A DNA stretch of 64,000 nucleotides from Spirochaetia bacterium (lineage in GTDB: Bacteria > Spirochaetota > Spirochaetia > CADAEX01), in contig OY759746.1 of NCBI GenBank assembly GCA_963662795.1, positions 2,624,001 to 2,688,000 of the forward strand, written 5' to 3'. Below are positions 37,191-47,176 of this stretch, piece by piece. The notes under the pieces were generated by a model. That model was not told where the DNA came from and ran no database searches. It worked only from the letters and a program-made list of their open reading frames with translations. The translations under genes and the position numbers were made by a program. The first letter of the stretch is position 1. Each line of letters opens with the position of its first letter.

Positions 37191-37640
37191 ATGAGATATT
37201 TACTTCTTCACCTGGAATATATCTGGCTTGCGGCCGCAGTTTTATTCATCATTATTGAAGCAATGACTTTTAACCTCGCAACTTTATGGTTTGCCTGCGG
37301 ATCATTGATCGGTATGGCGTCTTCCCTGGCAGGTCTGCCTCTTCTGCTGCAGATTCTCCTTTCCCTGCTGTCCGCGATTGCCCTTCTTGTTTTTGCCCGA
37401 CCGATCGCAGTGAAATACCTTAAAATCGGCAGAACAAAAACAAATTCGGAAAGCCTTATAGGTGAAACAGGTGTTGTAGTAAACAGGATTGAAGAGTTTA
37501 AAACCGGCATCGTAAAAGTAAAAGGGCAGGACTGGAGTGCGGAGTCTGTCACTAATACTGCAATTGATCCGGGAGAGACTGTTGTAATTGCTGAAATAAG
37601 GGGCGTCAGGCTTCTTGTAAATAAAAAGGGGGAAATATGA
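37191..37640 (+). CDS. NfeD-family membrane protein
   Basis: Hydrophobic N-terminus, LIGETG, GIVKVKGQDWSA OB fold; coupled to the SPFH gene. Confidence 0.88.
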   Translation: MRYLLLHLEYIWLAAAVLFIIIEAMTFNLATLWFACGSLIGMASSLAGLPLLLQILLSLLSAIALLVFARPIAVKYLKIGRTKTNSESLIGETGVVVNRIEEFKTGIVKVKGQDWSAESVTNTAIDPGETVVIAEIRGVRLLVNKKGEI

Positions 37641-38521
37641 TATTAATAATTCTGATATCAGTTATTGTTGTTCTGCTGCTGCTGACTAATGTGCGGATTG
37701 TTCCTCAGGCGGAAACTTATGTTATTGAAAGACTGGGCGCTTATCTTACGACATGGAGTGTCGGGCTGCACCTGAAACTGCCTCTGCTCGACAGGGTCGC
37801 AAAAAGGGTGTCGATAAAGGAAAAAGTTGTGGATTTCCCTCCGCAGCCGGTAATCACAAAGGATAATGTTACAATGCAGATTGATACTGTTGTCTATTTT
37901 CAGATAACAGACTCAAAGCTGTATGCGTACGGAATTGAAAATCCCATGTCAGCTATTGAGAATCTTACTGCGACAACGTTAAGAAACATAATCGGAGACC
38001 TTGAGCTTGATGAGACACTTACTTCACGCGATACAATTAATACAAAAATGAGGTCCCTTCTTGATGAGGCAACCGATGCGTGGGGCATAAAGGTAAACAG
38101 GGTAGAGGTGAAAAATATTCTGCCGCCGAAGGATATCCAGGAAGCAATGGAAAAACAGATGCGTGCGGAAAGGGGAAGACGGGAGGCAATTTTAAGAGCC
38201 GAGGGGGAAAAGCAGTCAGCAATTCTTGTCGCAGAGGGGCAGAAAGAATCTACAATACTTAAAGCAGAGGCGGAGAAGGAAGCCGCTATCAGAAAAGCGG
38301 AAGGCGAATCGGAAGCCATACTTAAAGTGCAGCATGCAACAGCGGAAGGTATTAAAATGCTGAAGTCAGCAGATCCCAATAAGCAGGTCATTGCCCTGAA
38401 AAGCCTTGAGGCTTTCATGAAAGCTGCTGACGGCCAGGCTACCAAGATTATTATCCCGTCCGATATTCAGAATATCGCGGGACTTGCAGTGTCTGTCAGC
38501 GAACTGTTAAAAGATAAGTAG
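37637..38521 (+). CDS. SPFH/stomatin (QmcA-like) protein
   Basis: VIERLG, QPVITKDNV, TTLRNIIG, MEKQMRAER. Confidence 0.92.
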   Translation: MILIILISVIVVLLLLTNVRIVPQAETYVIERLGAYLTTWSVGLHLKLPLLDRVAKRVSIKEKVVDFPPQPVITKDNVTMQIDTVVYFQITDSKLYAYGIENPMSAIENLTATTLRNIIGDLELDETLTSRDTINTKMRSLLDEATDAWGIKVNRVEVKNILPPKDIQEAMEKQMRAERGRREAILRAEGEKQSAILVAEGQKESTILKAEAEKEAAIRKAEGESEAILKVQHATAEGIKMLKSADPNKQVIALKSLEAFMKAADGQATKIIIPSDIQNIAGLAVSVSELLKDK

Positions 38522-38551
38522 AAATCCCCGGATATGACGGGAGATGATATA

Positions 38552-38600
38552 AAAACCCCCCTTCCATTTTTTTAATTTCAAGGAAGGGGTTTGTTGTTTT
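38552..38600. terminator. Bidirectional terminator between convergent genes
   Basis: AAACCCCCCTTCC...GGAAGGGGTTT. Confidence 0.55.
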
Positions 38601-38636
38601 AATTTATTTATGCTTTAATAAAAAGCATAAAACAGC

Positions 38637-39413
38637 TTATCTGAATATTGAATCGAAAAATACAAGCATTGATGCCCAGGCCATATTTGCCTCATCCTCA
38701 AAATAAGTCTTGCTTTCCGGATTTGTAAAATTATGGGCAGGCAGATTCCCGTAAACAATATATGAGAAATCAGCTTCACTCTCTTTCATCTCTTTTACAA
38801 AAGCTTTCTGCTTTTCTTCAGGAGCTGCAGGGTCGGAATCTCCCTGTATTGCAAGTATTCTGGTTTTGATATCACCTTTTTTGGCAGTAAGCCCTGTATT
38901 GATTGATGAATGGAATCCTACAACTCCATTAATATCAGTGCCCATTCTTGCCATGTTAAGCACGATACCTCCGCCGAAACAATAGCCTATAGCCGCTGTC
39001 CTGTTTTTATCCGTATATTCTGCATTCTTTAATATATCAAGAGCAGCATTAAACCGTTTTTTGATCAGTGGATAGTCTGATCCGATTGCTCCTGACTTTG
39101 CCCTTGCTTCAGATGCAGGGATTTCTTTTCCGTCGCCGTACATATCCAGCGCAAACGCTACATAACCCTCTTTTGCAAGGTCAACAGCCCGTTTTTTTGC
39201 ATAATTATTGATTCCCAGCCACTCATGAACAACCAATATACCGGGCCTTTTGGAAGTTTTCGACTTGTCATATGCCAGAAAGCCTATGAGTTTCTGTCCG
39301 TCGACAGTGTAGGAAATAGATTCTGTATAAATATTCTGTGCAGTTTCTTCCGCAAAGACTGTAGAAATTATGAGTAATATCAGTGCAATACTACTAAAAA
39401 TCCTGATTTTCAT
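38637..39413 (-). CDS. Dienelactone hydrolase family protein with signal peptide
   Basis: VVHEWLG, GYCFGG nucleophile elbow, D, H.FTNP. Confidence 0.88.
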   Translation of the reverse strand: MKIRIFSSIALILLIISTVFAEETAQNIYTESISYTVDGQKLIGFLAYDKSKTSKRPGILVVHEWLGINNYAKKRAVDLAKEGYVAFALDMYGDGKEIPASEARAKSGAIGSDYPLIKKRFNAALDILKNAEYTDKNRTAAIGYCFGGGIVLNMARMGTDINGVVGFHSSINTGLTAKKGDIKTRILAIQGDSDPAAPEEKQKAFVKEMKESEADFSYIVYGNLPAHNFTNPESKTYFEDEANMAWASMLVFFDSIFR

Positions 39414-39486
39414 TTCCTTTCTCCTTATCGATTAAAAATTATTAATTGAATATACTAAATATTATATATAATACAAAAGAAAAAAG

Positions 39487-39537
39487 AAAAAAAAGCTGCG
39501 GAGAGAGATTCCTGTAAAGGAACTATCCGCAGCCTTT
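39487..39537 (-). terminator. Terminator after efp
   Basis: GCTGCGGA...TCCGCAGC stem flanked by an A run (U run on the minus strand). Confidence 0.7.
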
Positions 39538-39566
39538 TATATTGAAATTTTTGATTTACTGAAGAA

Positions 39567-40130
39567 TCAGCTGTTTACCCTTTCAACATATTCTTTTGTT
39601 TCTGTATTAACCATTATCCGTTCTCCTTCCTTGATGAAAAGGGGAACCCTTACGACAAGGCCGGTTTCTACTTTCACAGGTTTTGTTGTTTTTGTAACAG
39701 TATCGCCTTTGATCCCTTCGCTTGCTTCCGTAACAGTGTATATCATTTTGTAAGGTACTTTTACATCAATTGGTTTTTCGTCCCAGACTACAACCTTGTA
39801 GGTATCTCCTTCAATCATAAAAAGCTGTTTATCCTCAAATCCTGCAAACGGGACTGTAAACTGCTCAAATGTCTCAACATCCATAAAATGGTATGCTTCC
39901 GGATCCGCATAAAGGTACTGGCACCCTTTTTCAGTTACAGTTGCCTCTTCCACGTTATCCTGTGTTTTCATTGTTTCCCGCAGGGCCTGACCCGTAATCA
40001 GATTTTTAAGTTTCAGCCGTACAAATGCCGAGCCTTTCCCTGGATTAACAAATTCCCTTTCCACTACCAGATGCGGATCATTTTTTAAAAGTAAAAACAT
40101 CCCTTTATCGATGGCGCCTGCTTTAATCAT
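39567..40130 (-). CDS. efp: Elongation factor P
   Basis: FVNPGKGSAFVR, YLY.D...YHFMD.ETFEQ, KGDT, ETGL...VPLFI..GE, Y.ER. Confidence 0.95.
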   Translation of the reverse strand: MIKAGAIDKGMFLLLKNDPHLVVEREFVNPGKGSAFVRLKLKNLITGQALRETMKTQDNVEEATVTEKGCQYLYADPEAYHFMDVETFEQFTVPFAGFEDKQLFMIEGDTYKVVVWDEKPIDVKVPYKMIYTVTEASEGIKGDTVTKTTKPVKVETGLVVRVPLFIKEGERIMVNTETKEYVERVNS

Positions 40131-40243
40131 ATTCATTCCTCATGTGTTTTTATAGTTTATCAAACAATTGATAACTGCAAAGTCCAAAAACAGATTTTGC
40201 ATGAACAAAAGTTATTTATTTAATAACATTTAATAAAATTAAT

Positions 40244-40272
40244 TTGACTATCAGAATTTTCTATAATATCAT
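40244..40272 (+). promoter_or_regulatory. sigma70-type promoter with no downstream ORF
   Basis: TTGACT-17 nt-TATCAT, with an AT-rich stretch upstream. Confidence 0.6.
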
Positions 40273-40277
40273 AAAAA

Positions 40278-40359
40278 AAGGGTAAAGAGCCTCCACCCTT
40301 TCTTCTCCTTCTTTTATCGATTTGTTAATCCCTTCCTCTGTCAGGGGAAGGGGTTTTTT
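40278..40359 (+). ncRNA. Candidate ~80-nt sRNA with CCUCC/UCUCCU anti-SD motifs
   Basis: Bounded by the promoter and a plus-strand terminator (stem contains G-U pairs, then U6); 5' hairpin AAAGGGT/ACCCTTT with loop AAAGAGCCTCC. Confidence 0.5.
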
Positions 40360-40405
40360 ATACCACAACCTGCGATTTTAATCAATAATACAGCCGGTCA
40401 TCAGC

Positions 40406-41377
40406 TTATGGCAAGGCAGGCCTTCCATTATCCGCTTCTCCGATTTCCGGGAACGGATTGCCGCACTGCCAGCCTGTTTTTCCGGTTTCCCTGAATCTTT
40501 CAAGCCTTCTTATTGTGAGCTCTGCAAAAACAGGATCAAGGTCAAAGGTGTAGCAGCGCCTCCCGGTTTTTTCCGCGGCTATCAGGGTCGTGCCTGAATG
40601 GGCAAAAAAATCAGCTACAATCTCATTTTTCCTGCTGCTTGTCAGCAGTACCCTTTCTATCGATTTAAGGCTTTTCTGCGCATAGGCACCTGGAACATTT
40701 TCTTCCATAAGGTAGAAAACCTGCTGGATATCAATCCACACATTCCCGGGGCGGATGTTTTCCGAACGGCTTCTTTCCATATTTTCCGTCACAGTGCCGT
40801 TGATGGTTTTGTAATATCCTTTAAGGACTTTCGGGATATCTGTATAAATTACCTTAAAGGAAGGCGAACCCTTCTGATAGCAAAGGAGCTCCTGCCTGAT
40901 GCACATCCAGTTTTTCTGTGTTCCGTAACCTCTCTGATTCCTGAGCGTAATGTAGCTTCTTGACTTGTAGCCTTGAAATTCCCTCATCAGCATCATTATT
41001 TCCGGGAGAGGGGAAAAATTGTTTTTCTGGTCCGCACCAAGCCACAGATAAAACCATGAGTCATCCGCTGAAAACAGATCTGCGTTTTCAATCCATTGTT
41101 TTGAAAAATCAATATATTTTTCAATTTCATGGCTGAACAGGTTACCTGTAGACTTGTTTTCAAGCTTAATATTATAGGGAGGATCATTGACTATAAGGTC
41201 TGCCCTGTCCTCTCCCATTATTTTCCCGACATCATCGGCAGATGTGGCATCAAGTACTCCGATCCGGTGCCCCTTTACCGGATCAATCCAGACTTCCCCT
41301 TTTTTAAGGCGGCAAAAAGTAAGGAGCTTTTCTTTTAATTCCTTATTGCTGTCCAGTCTCGGAAGTGGTTCTGTCAT
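40406..41377 (-). CDS. Orphan N4/N6 DNA methyltransferase (beta class)
   Basis: DPPY (motif IV) precedes the SAM motif DFFAHSGTT; GNVW.D; no neighbouring restriction endonuclease. Confidence 0.85.
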   Translation of the reverse strand: MTEPLPRLDSNKELKEKLLTFCRLKKGEVWIDPVKGHRIGVLDATSADDVGKIMGEDRADLIVNDPPYNIKLENKSTGNLFSHEIEKYIDFSKQWIENADLFSADDSWFYLWLGADQKNNFSPLPEIMMLMREFQGYKSRSYITLRNQRGYGTQKNWMCIRQELLCYQKGSPSFKVIYTDIPKVLKGYYKTINGTVTENMERSRSENIRPGNVWIDIQQVFYLMEENVPGAYAQKSLKSIERVLLTSSRKNEIVADFFAHSGTTLIAAEKTGRRCYTFDLDPVFAELTIRRLERFRETGKTGWQCGNPFPEIGEADNGRPALP

Positions 41378-41480
41378 GATTGACCTGATTACCTTAGCCC
41401 TGCAAGTATTTTGAAGATAATATTATAATTGGTTGATTTTATCCATATCTCATAATAGAATTTTAATCAGGAGGCAAAAT

Positions 41481-42302
41481 ATGGCAATAATTACAATATC
41501 AAGGCAGGCCGGCAGTTTAAGCCGCGAAATAGCGCCTGCGCTGGCGAAAAAATTCGGCTGGTTTTATATTGATAAGAACAATATCCTTGATGCGCTTGAA
41601 AAATATAATATTGACACTGAAATTATTGAAAAATATGACGAGAAAAAGCCTTCTTTCCGTGACAGTTTTTTCCTTGAAAACGAAAAATTCTTCAATTATT
41701 TCAAACTCTATTTTTTTGAGAAGGCAGTTGAGAATGAGGGATGTGTCCTGCTCGGCCGCGGCGGATCGTTTCTTCTCAAGGGGATGCCGGGTGTACTGCG
41801 TATACGGCTTGTCTCTTCAGATGAGACAAGGATTGAACGGCTGATGAATGAGTTCGGTTACGATGAAAAAGAGGCCAAAAAGGTCATGAAAATATCAGAC
41901 CATGAAAGGATCGGCTTTCATAAATATTACTATCACGAGGACTGGAGCAGCCCTGAATCATATGATATCACATTCAATACAGATTATTTTTCTACAGATT
42001 CAGTCAGCACTATGCTTTCTGCACTGATAGAGTCTTATCTGAAAGAGGATTTTGCGGCTGAAGGGCAGAAGTACCTGAAAAACATGCTTACCGCGCAGAA
42101 GATAATTATCAGAATTCTTTATGAAAAGAACATTGCTGTACATCTTCTCGAAGTCGAAGTGGAAGACGGCAAAGCAACACTTGCAGGCACTGTTGAGGTT
42201 GACAGCATGATTGACCAGTGCGGAAATGCTGCCAGAATTGCAGGGATTGAGAGTGTTGAGAATAATATTGTCTTTATAAGCCAGTATCCGCCTATTATTT
42301 AA
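41481..42302 (+). CDS. Cytidylate-kinase-like family protein with C-terminal BON domain
   Basis: IITISRQAGS, LLGRGG, SD.ER, YDITFNT; tail VEVEDGKATLAG...GIESVENNI. Confidence 0.8.
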   Translation: MAIITISRQAGSLSREIAPALAKKFGWFYIDKNNILDALEKYNIDTEIIEKYDEKKPSFRDSFFLENEKFFNYFKLYFFEKAVENEGCVLLGRGGSFLLKGMPGVLRIRLVSSDETRIERLMNEFGYDEKEAKKVMKISDHERIGFHKYYYHEDWSSPESYDITFNTDYFSTDSVSTMLSALIESYLKEDFAAEGQKYLKNMLTAQKIIIRILYEKNIAVHLLEVEVEDGKATLAGTVEVDSMIDQCGNAARIAGIESVENNIVFISQYPPII

Positions 42303-43612
42303 GACTTTCTCCGGACAGATATAAAGGACAAAACCGCAGATACTGCCATTCCGGCGAGAGAGAGGTATTCCTTCCCTGTGACGTTGGCAGCTATCCCGAA
42401 TAATCCTCCGGCGCATACTGCGGCAAGCCAGAGAGGCTTTGATATTTTTCTTTTTCCATAGACCAAAAGAGAAGTAAAAAGGGGAAAAACAACGCCGGGC
42501 GAAAAAACTGAATAGGTTCCTGTAAGCAGGGAGAGGATATCTTTCCGGAACAAGGCCAGAAAAAGAGAAGCTGTACCGGTTATAAGCACAATTACCCTTG
42601 TTGCTATGACATTTGTTCTCCCGATAATGTCTTTCCCGATAATGGCAGATGCAGTCATTATGCATGTGTCTGTTGATGAAATAACCGCGGACAGCAGTCC
42701 CAGTATGATAACTATTGCTCCGTATTTGCCTGCAGCATTTTTTATAATGAAAATAAACGGATTTTCACTTAACCCGGGATTTAACAGCGCGGCATAAACG
42801 CCTGTCAAAGTTACGGCAATGCTGATAAGTAGCAGTGCCGCTCCGGCCGTCATAGTCGCTTTTCTTGCAGTAACAGCTGAATCTGAAGTGAAGTTACGGG
42901 AAAAAATATCAGGCCCGATAAAATATGCCCCGCCGACAATAAATACAAGATGAAATATTTTAACTATAGTGACAGTATCTCCGCTTCCGTTCCCTTTAAA
43001 TCTTATAATATCCGCCATGCTGATGCTGCTGCCGCCCATAACTGCAAAGAGCGCTGCTGTGATTCCTGCTGCAAGGAGTACGAACTGCAGAGCGTCTGTC
43101 CTCATTATTGAAAACTGCCCGCCGAAAGCTGTATAGATAATAATCACTGCAGAGCAGATTATCATAAAGAGAGCCCCTGCCTTTATTCCGGTAAGCAGGG
43201 ATGCTATACTTGCAAGCGCGACAAACTGTGCCGCGATTATTCCTGTCCATGAAATTACAATAATAACGGCTGTAAGTATTTTACCCTCTCTGCCGGCAGT
43301 AAGCCCTGCAAGCCCGGGAAGGGTATATACGTTAAGGTTTCTAACCTTCTCAGAGAGAAAAACAGACTGCAGCATCAGCGCGATCCCTCCGCTGCCGAGC
43401 CATAAAAAGGCTGTAATCCCGTACCTGGCAGCAAGGGATGAAATCCCCATTGTCGCTGATGCGCCGACAACAGTCGCAAGAATCGACATGGTGACGATAC
43501 CCTGTTTCTGTTTTCTGCCGGCAAGCACATAGTCGTCAAAACCCTTAATGCTGTAATAATCGTGTATGCCGATTGAGAAAAGCACTGCGAGATATATAAG
43601 CAAAATAATCAT
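42299..43612 (-). CDS. Sodium:solute symporter family protein
   Basis: DDYVLAGR, ATVVGAS, YTAFGG....RTD, SAVISSTD. Confidence 0.88.
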   Translation of the reverse strand: MIILLIYLAVLFSIGIHDYYSIKGFDDYVLAGRKQKQGIVTMSILATVVGASATMGISSLAARYGITAFLWLGSGGIALMLQSVFLSEKVRNLNVYTLPGLAGLTAGREGKILTAVIIVISWTGIIAAQFVALASIASLLTGIKAGALFMIICSAVIIIYTAFGGQFSIMRTDALQFVLLAAGITAALFAVMGGSSISMADIIRFKGNGSGDTVTIVKIFHLVFIVGGAYFIGPDIFSRNFTSDSAVTARKATMTAGAALLLISIAVTLTGVYAALLNPGLSENPFIFIIKNAAGKYGAIVIILGLLSAVISSTDTCIMTASAIIGKDIIGRTNVIATRVIVLITGTASLFLALFRKDILSLLTGTYSVFSPGVVFPLFTSLLVYGKRKISKPLWLAAVCAGGLFGIAANVTGKEYLSLAGMAVSAVLSFISVRRKS

Positions 43613-43963
43613 AGATTAATCCTTAAGATATTTTTCCGCTAAGGTTAACCGGAGGAATTGCTGTTCGTCAACCAGTATTTCAGGTATTTTACAGGTGTTA
43701 TTCAGCCGGTTTTAATTTGATAATAAAAAATTTGACAGCAGCATATTTATGCCGCATAATGAAATTGAAAAGGGTTGTTATGGCGGAGAAAAAGAGAGCC
43801 GGTAAAATAAGTTATCTGAGTGATATCTTGTTTTGCCGTTTTTTTTTGTTCTGACAGTCTGAAATAGGGGAGGTTTTCATCTTTTTATAAAAAATTATGA
43901 AAACAATACAGGGTTTTATTAAAACGGGTGTATAATTATTTTTTAATTTCCAAGGAGGAAAAA

Positions 43964-45271
43964 ATGAAAAAGTTTCTATTGGTTTTAGTTTGCCTATTGA
44001 TGCTTTCTTCAGGAATTTTTGCCGCTCCGGTGTCAATTGATTTCTGGCACGCAATGACCGGAAAAAACGGAGAAATGCTTAAAGCGGTGGCTGAAAAATT
44101 TAACGCAAGCCAGTCTGACTATGTCGTTAATCAGGTCTATAAGGGATCATACAGCGACACAATGAACGCGGGTATTGCGGCATTCCGGGCAGGTCAGGCG
44201 CCTGCAATTATTCAGGTTTATGAGGTTGGAACCGCGACAATGATGTCAGCAAAAGGGGCAATCAAGCCGGTTTACAAACTTATGGCGGAAAACAATGTAA
44301 AGTTTGACCCTAAAGCCTATATTCCGACAATAACTTCCTATTATTCAACCTCAAAAGGGGAAATGCTTTCAATGCCTTTCAACTCATCCACATCTGTAAT
44401 GTATTACAACAAGGATGCTTTCCGGAAAGCAGGACTTGATCCTGAAAAACCACCAGCCACATGGCCGGAATTTTTTGAAGCTGCCAAAAAACTTAAAGCT
44501 TCCGGTATGGAAGGCGGATTTACTACAAACTGGATATCATGGATACAGCTTGAAAACTTCTCCGCATGGCACAACTCTCCCTTTGGTACCAAAGGAAACG
44601 GTTTCGGCGGTCTTGATACAGAACTTGTTTTTAACAATGCCCTTGTACAGAGACATTTTCAGACTATATATGATCTGAGCAAGGACAAAGTATTTATTTA
44701 CGGAGGCCGTGAAAACAAGGCTAATCCTCTTTTTACATCTGGTCAGGTTGGTATGCATTTTGAATCAATCGGCGGTTACGGCAATATGAAAGCTAACTGT
44801 AAGTTTGATTTCGGCGTTGCAAGACTTCCTTATTATCCTGACGTAAAAGGCGCTCCCCAGAACTCTATTATCGGCGGAGCCAGCCTCTGGGTTTTTGACA
44901 GAAAAGACAAGGAAGAACTTAAGGCTGTTGCTGAATTCTTCGCATTTCTTTCAAAACCTGAAATTCAGGCATTCTGGCATCAGAACACCGGCTATCTCCC
45001 GATAACAAAAGCTGCCTATGAACTTACAAAGAGCCAGGGATATTATAAAGATAATCCAGGCCTTGAAGTAGCGATTAATCAGCTTCTTAACAAACCTCCT
45101 ACACCCAATTCAATGGGAATAAGATTCGGTAATTTTAATATTATCCGCGAAATCGAAGATCAGACCTGGGAAGATATCCTGGGAGGCAAAATCAGTGTAA
45201 AAGACGGGCTTTCCAAAATGGTAGCTGACGGTAATAAAACACTCCGCGATTTTGAAAGAATAAACAAGTAA
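43964..45271 (+). CDS. ugpB: sn-glycerol-3-phosphate ABC transporter substrate-binding protein
   Basis: FWHAM, QVYEVGTATMM, SMPFNSST, ENFSAWH, IIGGASLW, TGYLP. Confidence 0.92.
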   Translation: MKKFLLVLVCLLMLSSGIFAAPVSIDFWHAMTGKNGEMLKAVAEKFNASQSDYVVNQVYKGSYSDTMNAGIAAFRAGQAPAIIQVYEVGTATMMSAKGAIKPVYKLMAENNVKFDPKAYIPTITSYYSTSKGEMLSMPFNSSTSVMYYNKDAFRKAGLDPEKPPATWPEFFEAAKKLKASGMEGGFTTNWISWIQLENFSAWHNSPFGTKGNGFGGLDTELVFNNALVQRHFQTIYDLSKDKVFIYGGRENKANPLFTSGQVGMHFESIGGYGNMKANCKFDFGVARLPYYPDVKGAPQNSIIGGASLWVFDRKDKEELKAVAEFFAFLSKPEIQAFWHQNTGYLPITKAAYELTKSQGYYKDNPGLEVAINQLLNKPPTPNSMGIRFGNFNIIREIEDQTWEDILGGKISVKDGLSKMVADGNKTLRDFERINK

Positions 45272-45309
45272 GTTATTTGTAAAACAATAACTTGGATATA
45301 ACTGGAATA

Positions 45310-45353
45310 CAGAGGCAGGTCGGATGAGTGTTAAAAAGTCTCCCCTGCCTCTG
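45310..45353 (+). other. Stem-loop between ugpB and ugpA
   Basis: CAGAGGCAGG...CCTGCCTCTG. Confidence 0.5.
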
Positions 45354-45407
45354 CTGTTTTAATTTTCCCGTTGTGTCGGGATAATTTAAAAACACAGGAA
45401 GGTCAGG

Positions 45408-46292
45408 ATGGTTAAACAATATGAATTTTCAAACAAGGAGCTGCCGTATCTTCTTGTTCTTCCGCAGATGATAGTCGTTTTTATCTTTTTTTTCTGGCCA
45501 GCAGGACAGGCTATCTGGCAGTCGTTTTTCATTCAGGACGCATTTGGCGGGCGTCTGATTTTTGTAGGTATTGAAAATTACGTCAAACTTTTCACAGACC
45601 CTGATTATTGGGACTCATTCGGGGTATCTACCCTTTTTGCTGTTCTTGTCGCTTTTTTTTCAATGATAATTGCCCTGTTTCTTGCTGTCCAGGCAAACAA
45701 GAAAATCAGGTTTGCCTCATTTTACAAGACCATGATGATATGGCCTTATGCTGTCGCGACTATGGTTGCCGGTGTTCTCTGGCTTTTTCTTTTTAACCCC
45801 AATGTTGGAATAATCGCCTGGACACTTAAACATAAATTCGGAATGGAATGGAGCCATCTCCTTAATACAGGACACGCTCTTACGCTTATAACAATCGCTG
45901 CGTCATGGAAACAGATAGCCTATAATTTTGTTTTTTTCCTTGCAGGACTGCAGAGTGTCCCGGCGACACTTATTGAAGCTGCCGCGATAGACGGGGCAGA
46001 TAACAATAAACAGTTCTGGCATATCATATTCCCCCTTATCACCCCCACAAGTTTTTTTCTTCTTGTCATGAACCTTGTTTATGCTTTTTTTGAGACTTTC
46101 CCCATCATCCACCAGGTAACGGCCGGAGGCCCGGGAAAGGCGACAAGTATACTTGTCTACAAGGTATGGAGAGACGGGGTAGTTAACCTTGATTTGGGCG
46201 GCTCTGCAAGCCAGTCGGTTGTCCTTATGATCCTGGTTATCGGACTTACAATTGTGCAGTTCCGCTTTATTGAGCGGAAAGTCAATTATTAA
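45408..46292 (+). CDS. ugpA: G3P ABC transporter permease
   Basis: LPYLLVLPQ, FFWPAGQA, EAAAIDGA, QFRFIERKVNY. Confidence 0.9.
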   Translation: MVKQYEFSNKELPYLLVLPQMIVVFIFFFWPAGQAIWQSFFIQDAFGGRLIFVGIENYVKLFTDPDYWDSFGVSTLFAVLVAFFSMIIALFLAVQANKKIRFASFYKTMMIWPYAVATMVAGVLWLFLFNPNVGIIAWTLKHKFGMEWSHLLNTGHALTLITIAASWKQIAYNFVFFLAGLQSVPATLIEAAAIDGADNNKQFWHIIFPLITPTSFFLLVMNLVYAFFETFPIIHQVTAGGPGKATSILVYKVWRDGVVNLDLGGSASQSVVLMILVIGLTIVQFRFIERKVNY

Positions 46293-46301
46293 GAGGGCAT
46301 T

Positions 46302-47147
46302 ATGACAGAACATTCAAAATTTCAGAAAATCATACCGCATCTTTATTTAATGATTGCGATTTTTATTATTATCTTTCCCATTTATGTAGTTTTTGTTGCC
46401 TCAACCCTTACGAGCGCCGATATCCTTGCCGCGCCGATGCCGCTGAAACCGGGCGTCCATGGTGTCGAGAATTATACACGGGCCCTGCTTGAGGGATCTG
46501 AGAATATGGGCGCACCCGCCCTAACCATGATCAAGAACTCTCTTATAATGGCGCTGGGGATATCTGTCGGCAAGATTATGATTTCACTTCTTGCCGCATA
46601 TGCAATAGTTTTTTTTGATTTCAAACTCCGCAAGTTCTGTTTCTGGAGTATATTTATCACACTGATGCTGCCTGTCCAGGTTCGTATCATGCCCACATAC
46701 AAGGTAATCTCGGACCTTGGGATGCTTAACACATATGCGGGGCTGATTCTTCCGATGGTAGTATCAGCAACAGCGGTGTTTCTCTTTAGGCAGTTTTTTA
46801 TGACAATTCCGAAGGAGATTGTTGAGGCGTCACAGATTGACGGAGCGGGACCGATGACATTTTTCTTCAGGATACTGATTCCAATGACAAGAACACCGAT
46901 TGCAGCCATGTTTGTAATACAGTTCATTTTCGGGTGGAACCAGTACCTTTGGCCGCTTCTGATAACTACCAAGGAGAAATACTACACTCTTCTTATAGGT
47001 ATCAACAGGATGCTTTCGGGGGCCGATGTCCAGATTGAGTGGCAGATTGTAATGGCTACAACGCTTCTCGCGCTGATACCGCCTGTAGTCGTTGTAATGG
47101 TAATGCAGAAACAGTTTGTTACAGGAATGACAGACACAGAAAAATAA
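46302..47147 (+). CDS. ugpE: G3P ABC transporter permease
   Basis: TLMLPVQVRI.PTY, FLFRQFF, EASQIDGAG, FGWNQYLWP, TEK end. Confidence 0.9.
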   Translation: MTEHSKFQKIIPHLYLMIAIFIIIFPIYVVFVASTLTSADILAAPMPLKPGVHGVENYTRALLEGSENMGAPALTMIKNSLIMALGISVGKIMISLLAAYAIVFFDFKLRKFCFWSIFITLMLPVQVRIMPTYKVISDLGMLNTYAGLILPMVVSATAVFLFRQFFMTIPKEIVEASQIDGAGPMTFFFRILIPMTRTPIAAMFVIQFIFGWNQYLWPLLITTKEKYYTLLIGINRMLSGADVQIEWQIVMATTLLALIPPVVVVMVMQKQFVTGMTDTEK

Positions 47148-47176
47148 ATATTTGATATATAAACCAGGAGTACTAA

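Noticed and set aside
43613-43960. Riboswitch upstream of the SSS transporter or ugpB
   Set aside because: No recognisable TPP, SAM, cobalamin, FMN or lysine consensus on either strand by eye; an Rfam scan would settle it
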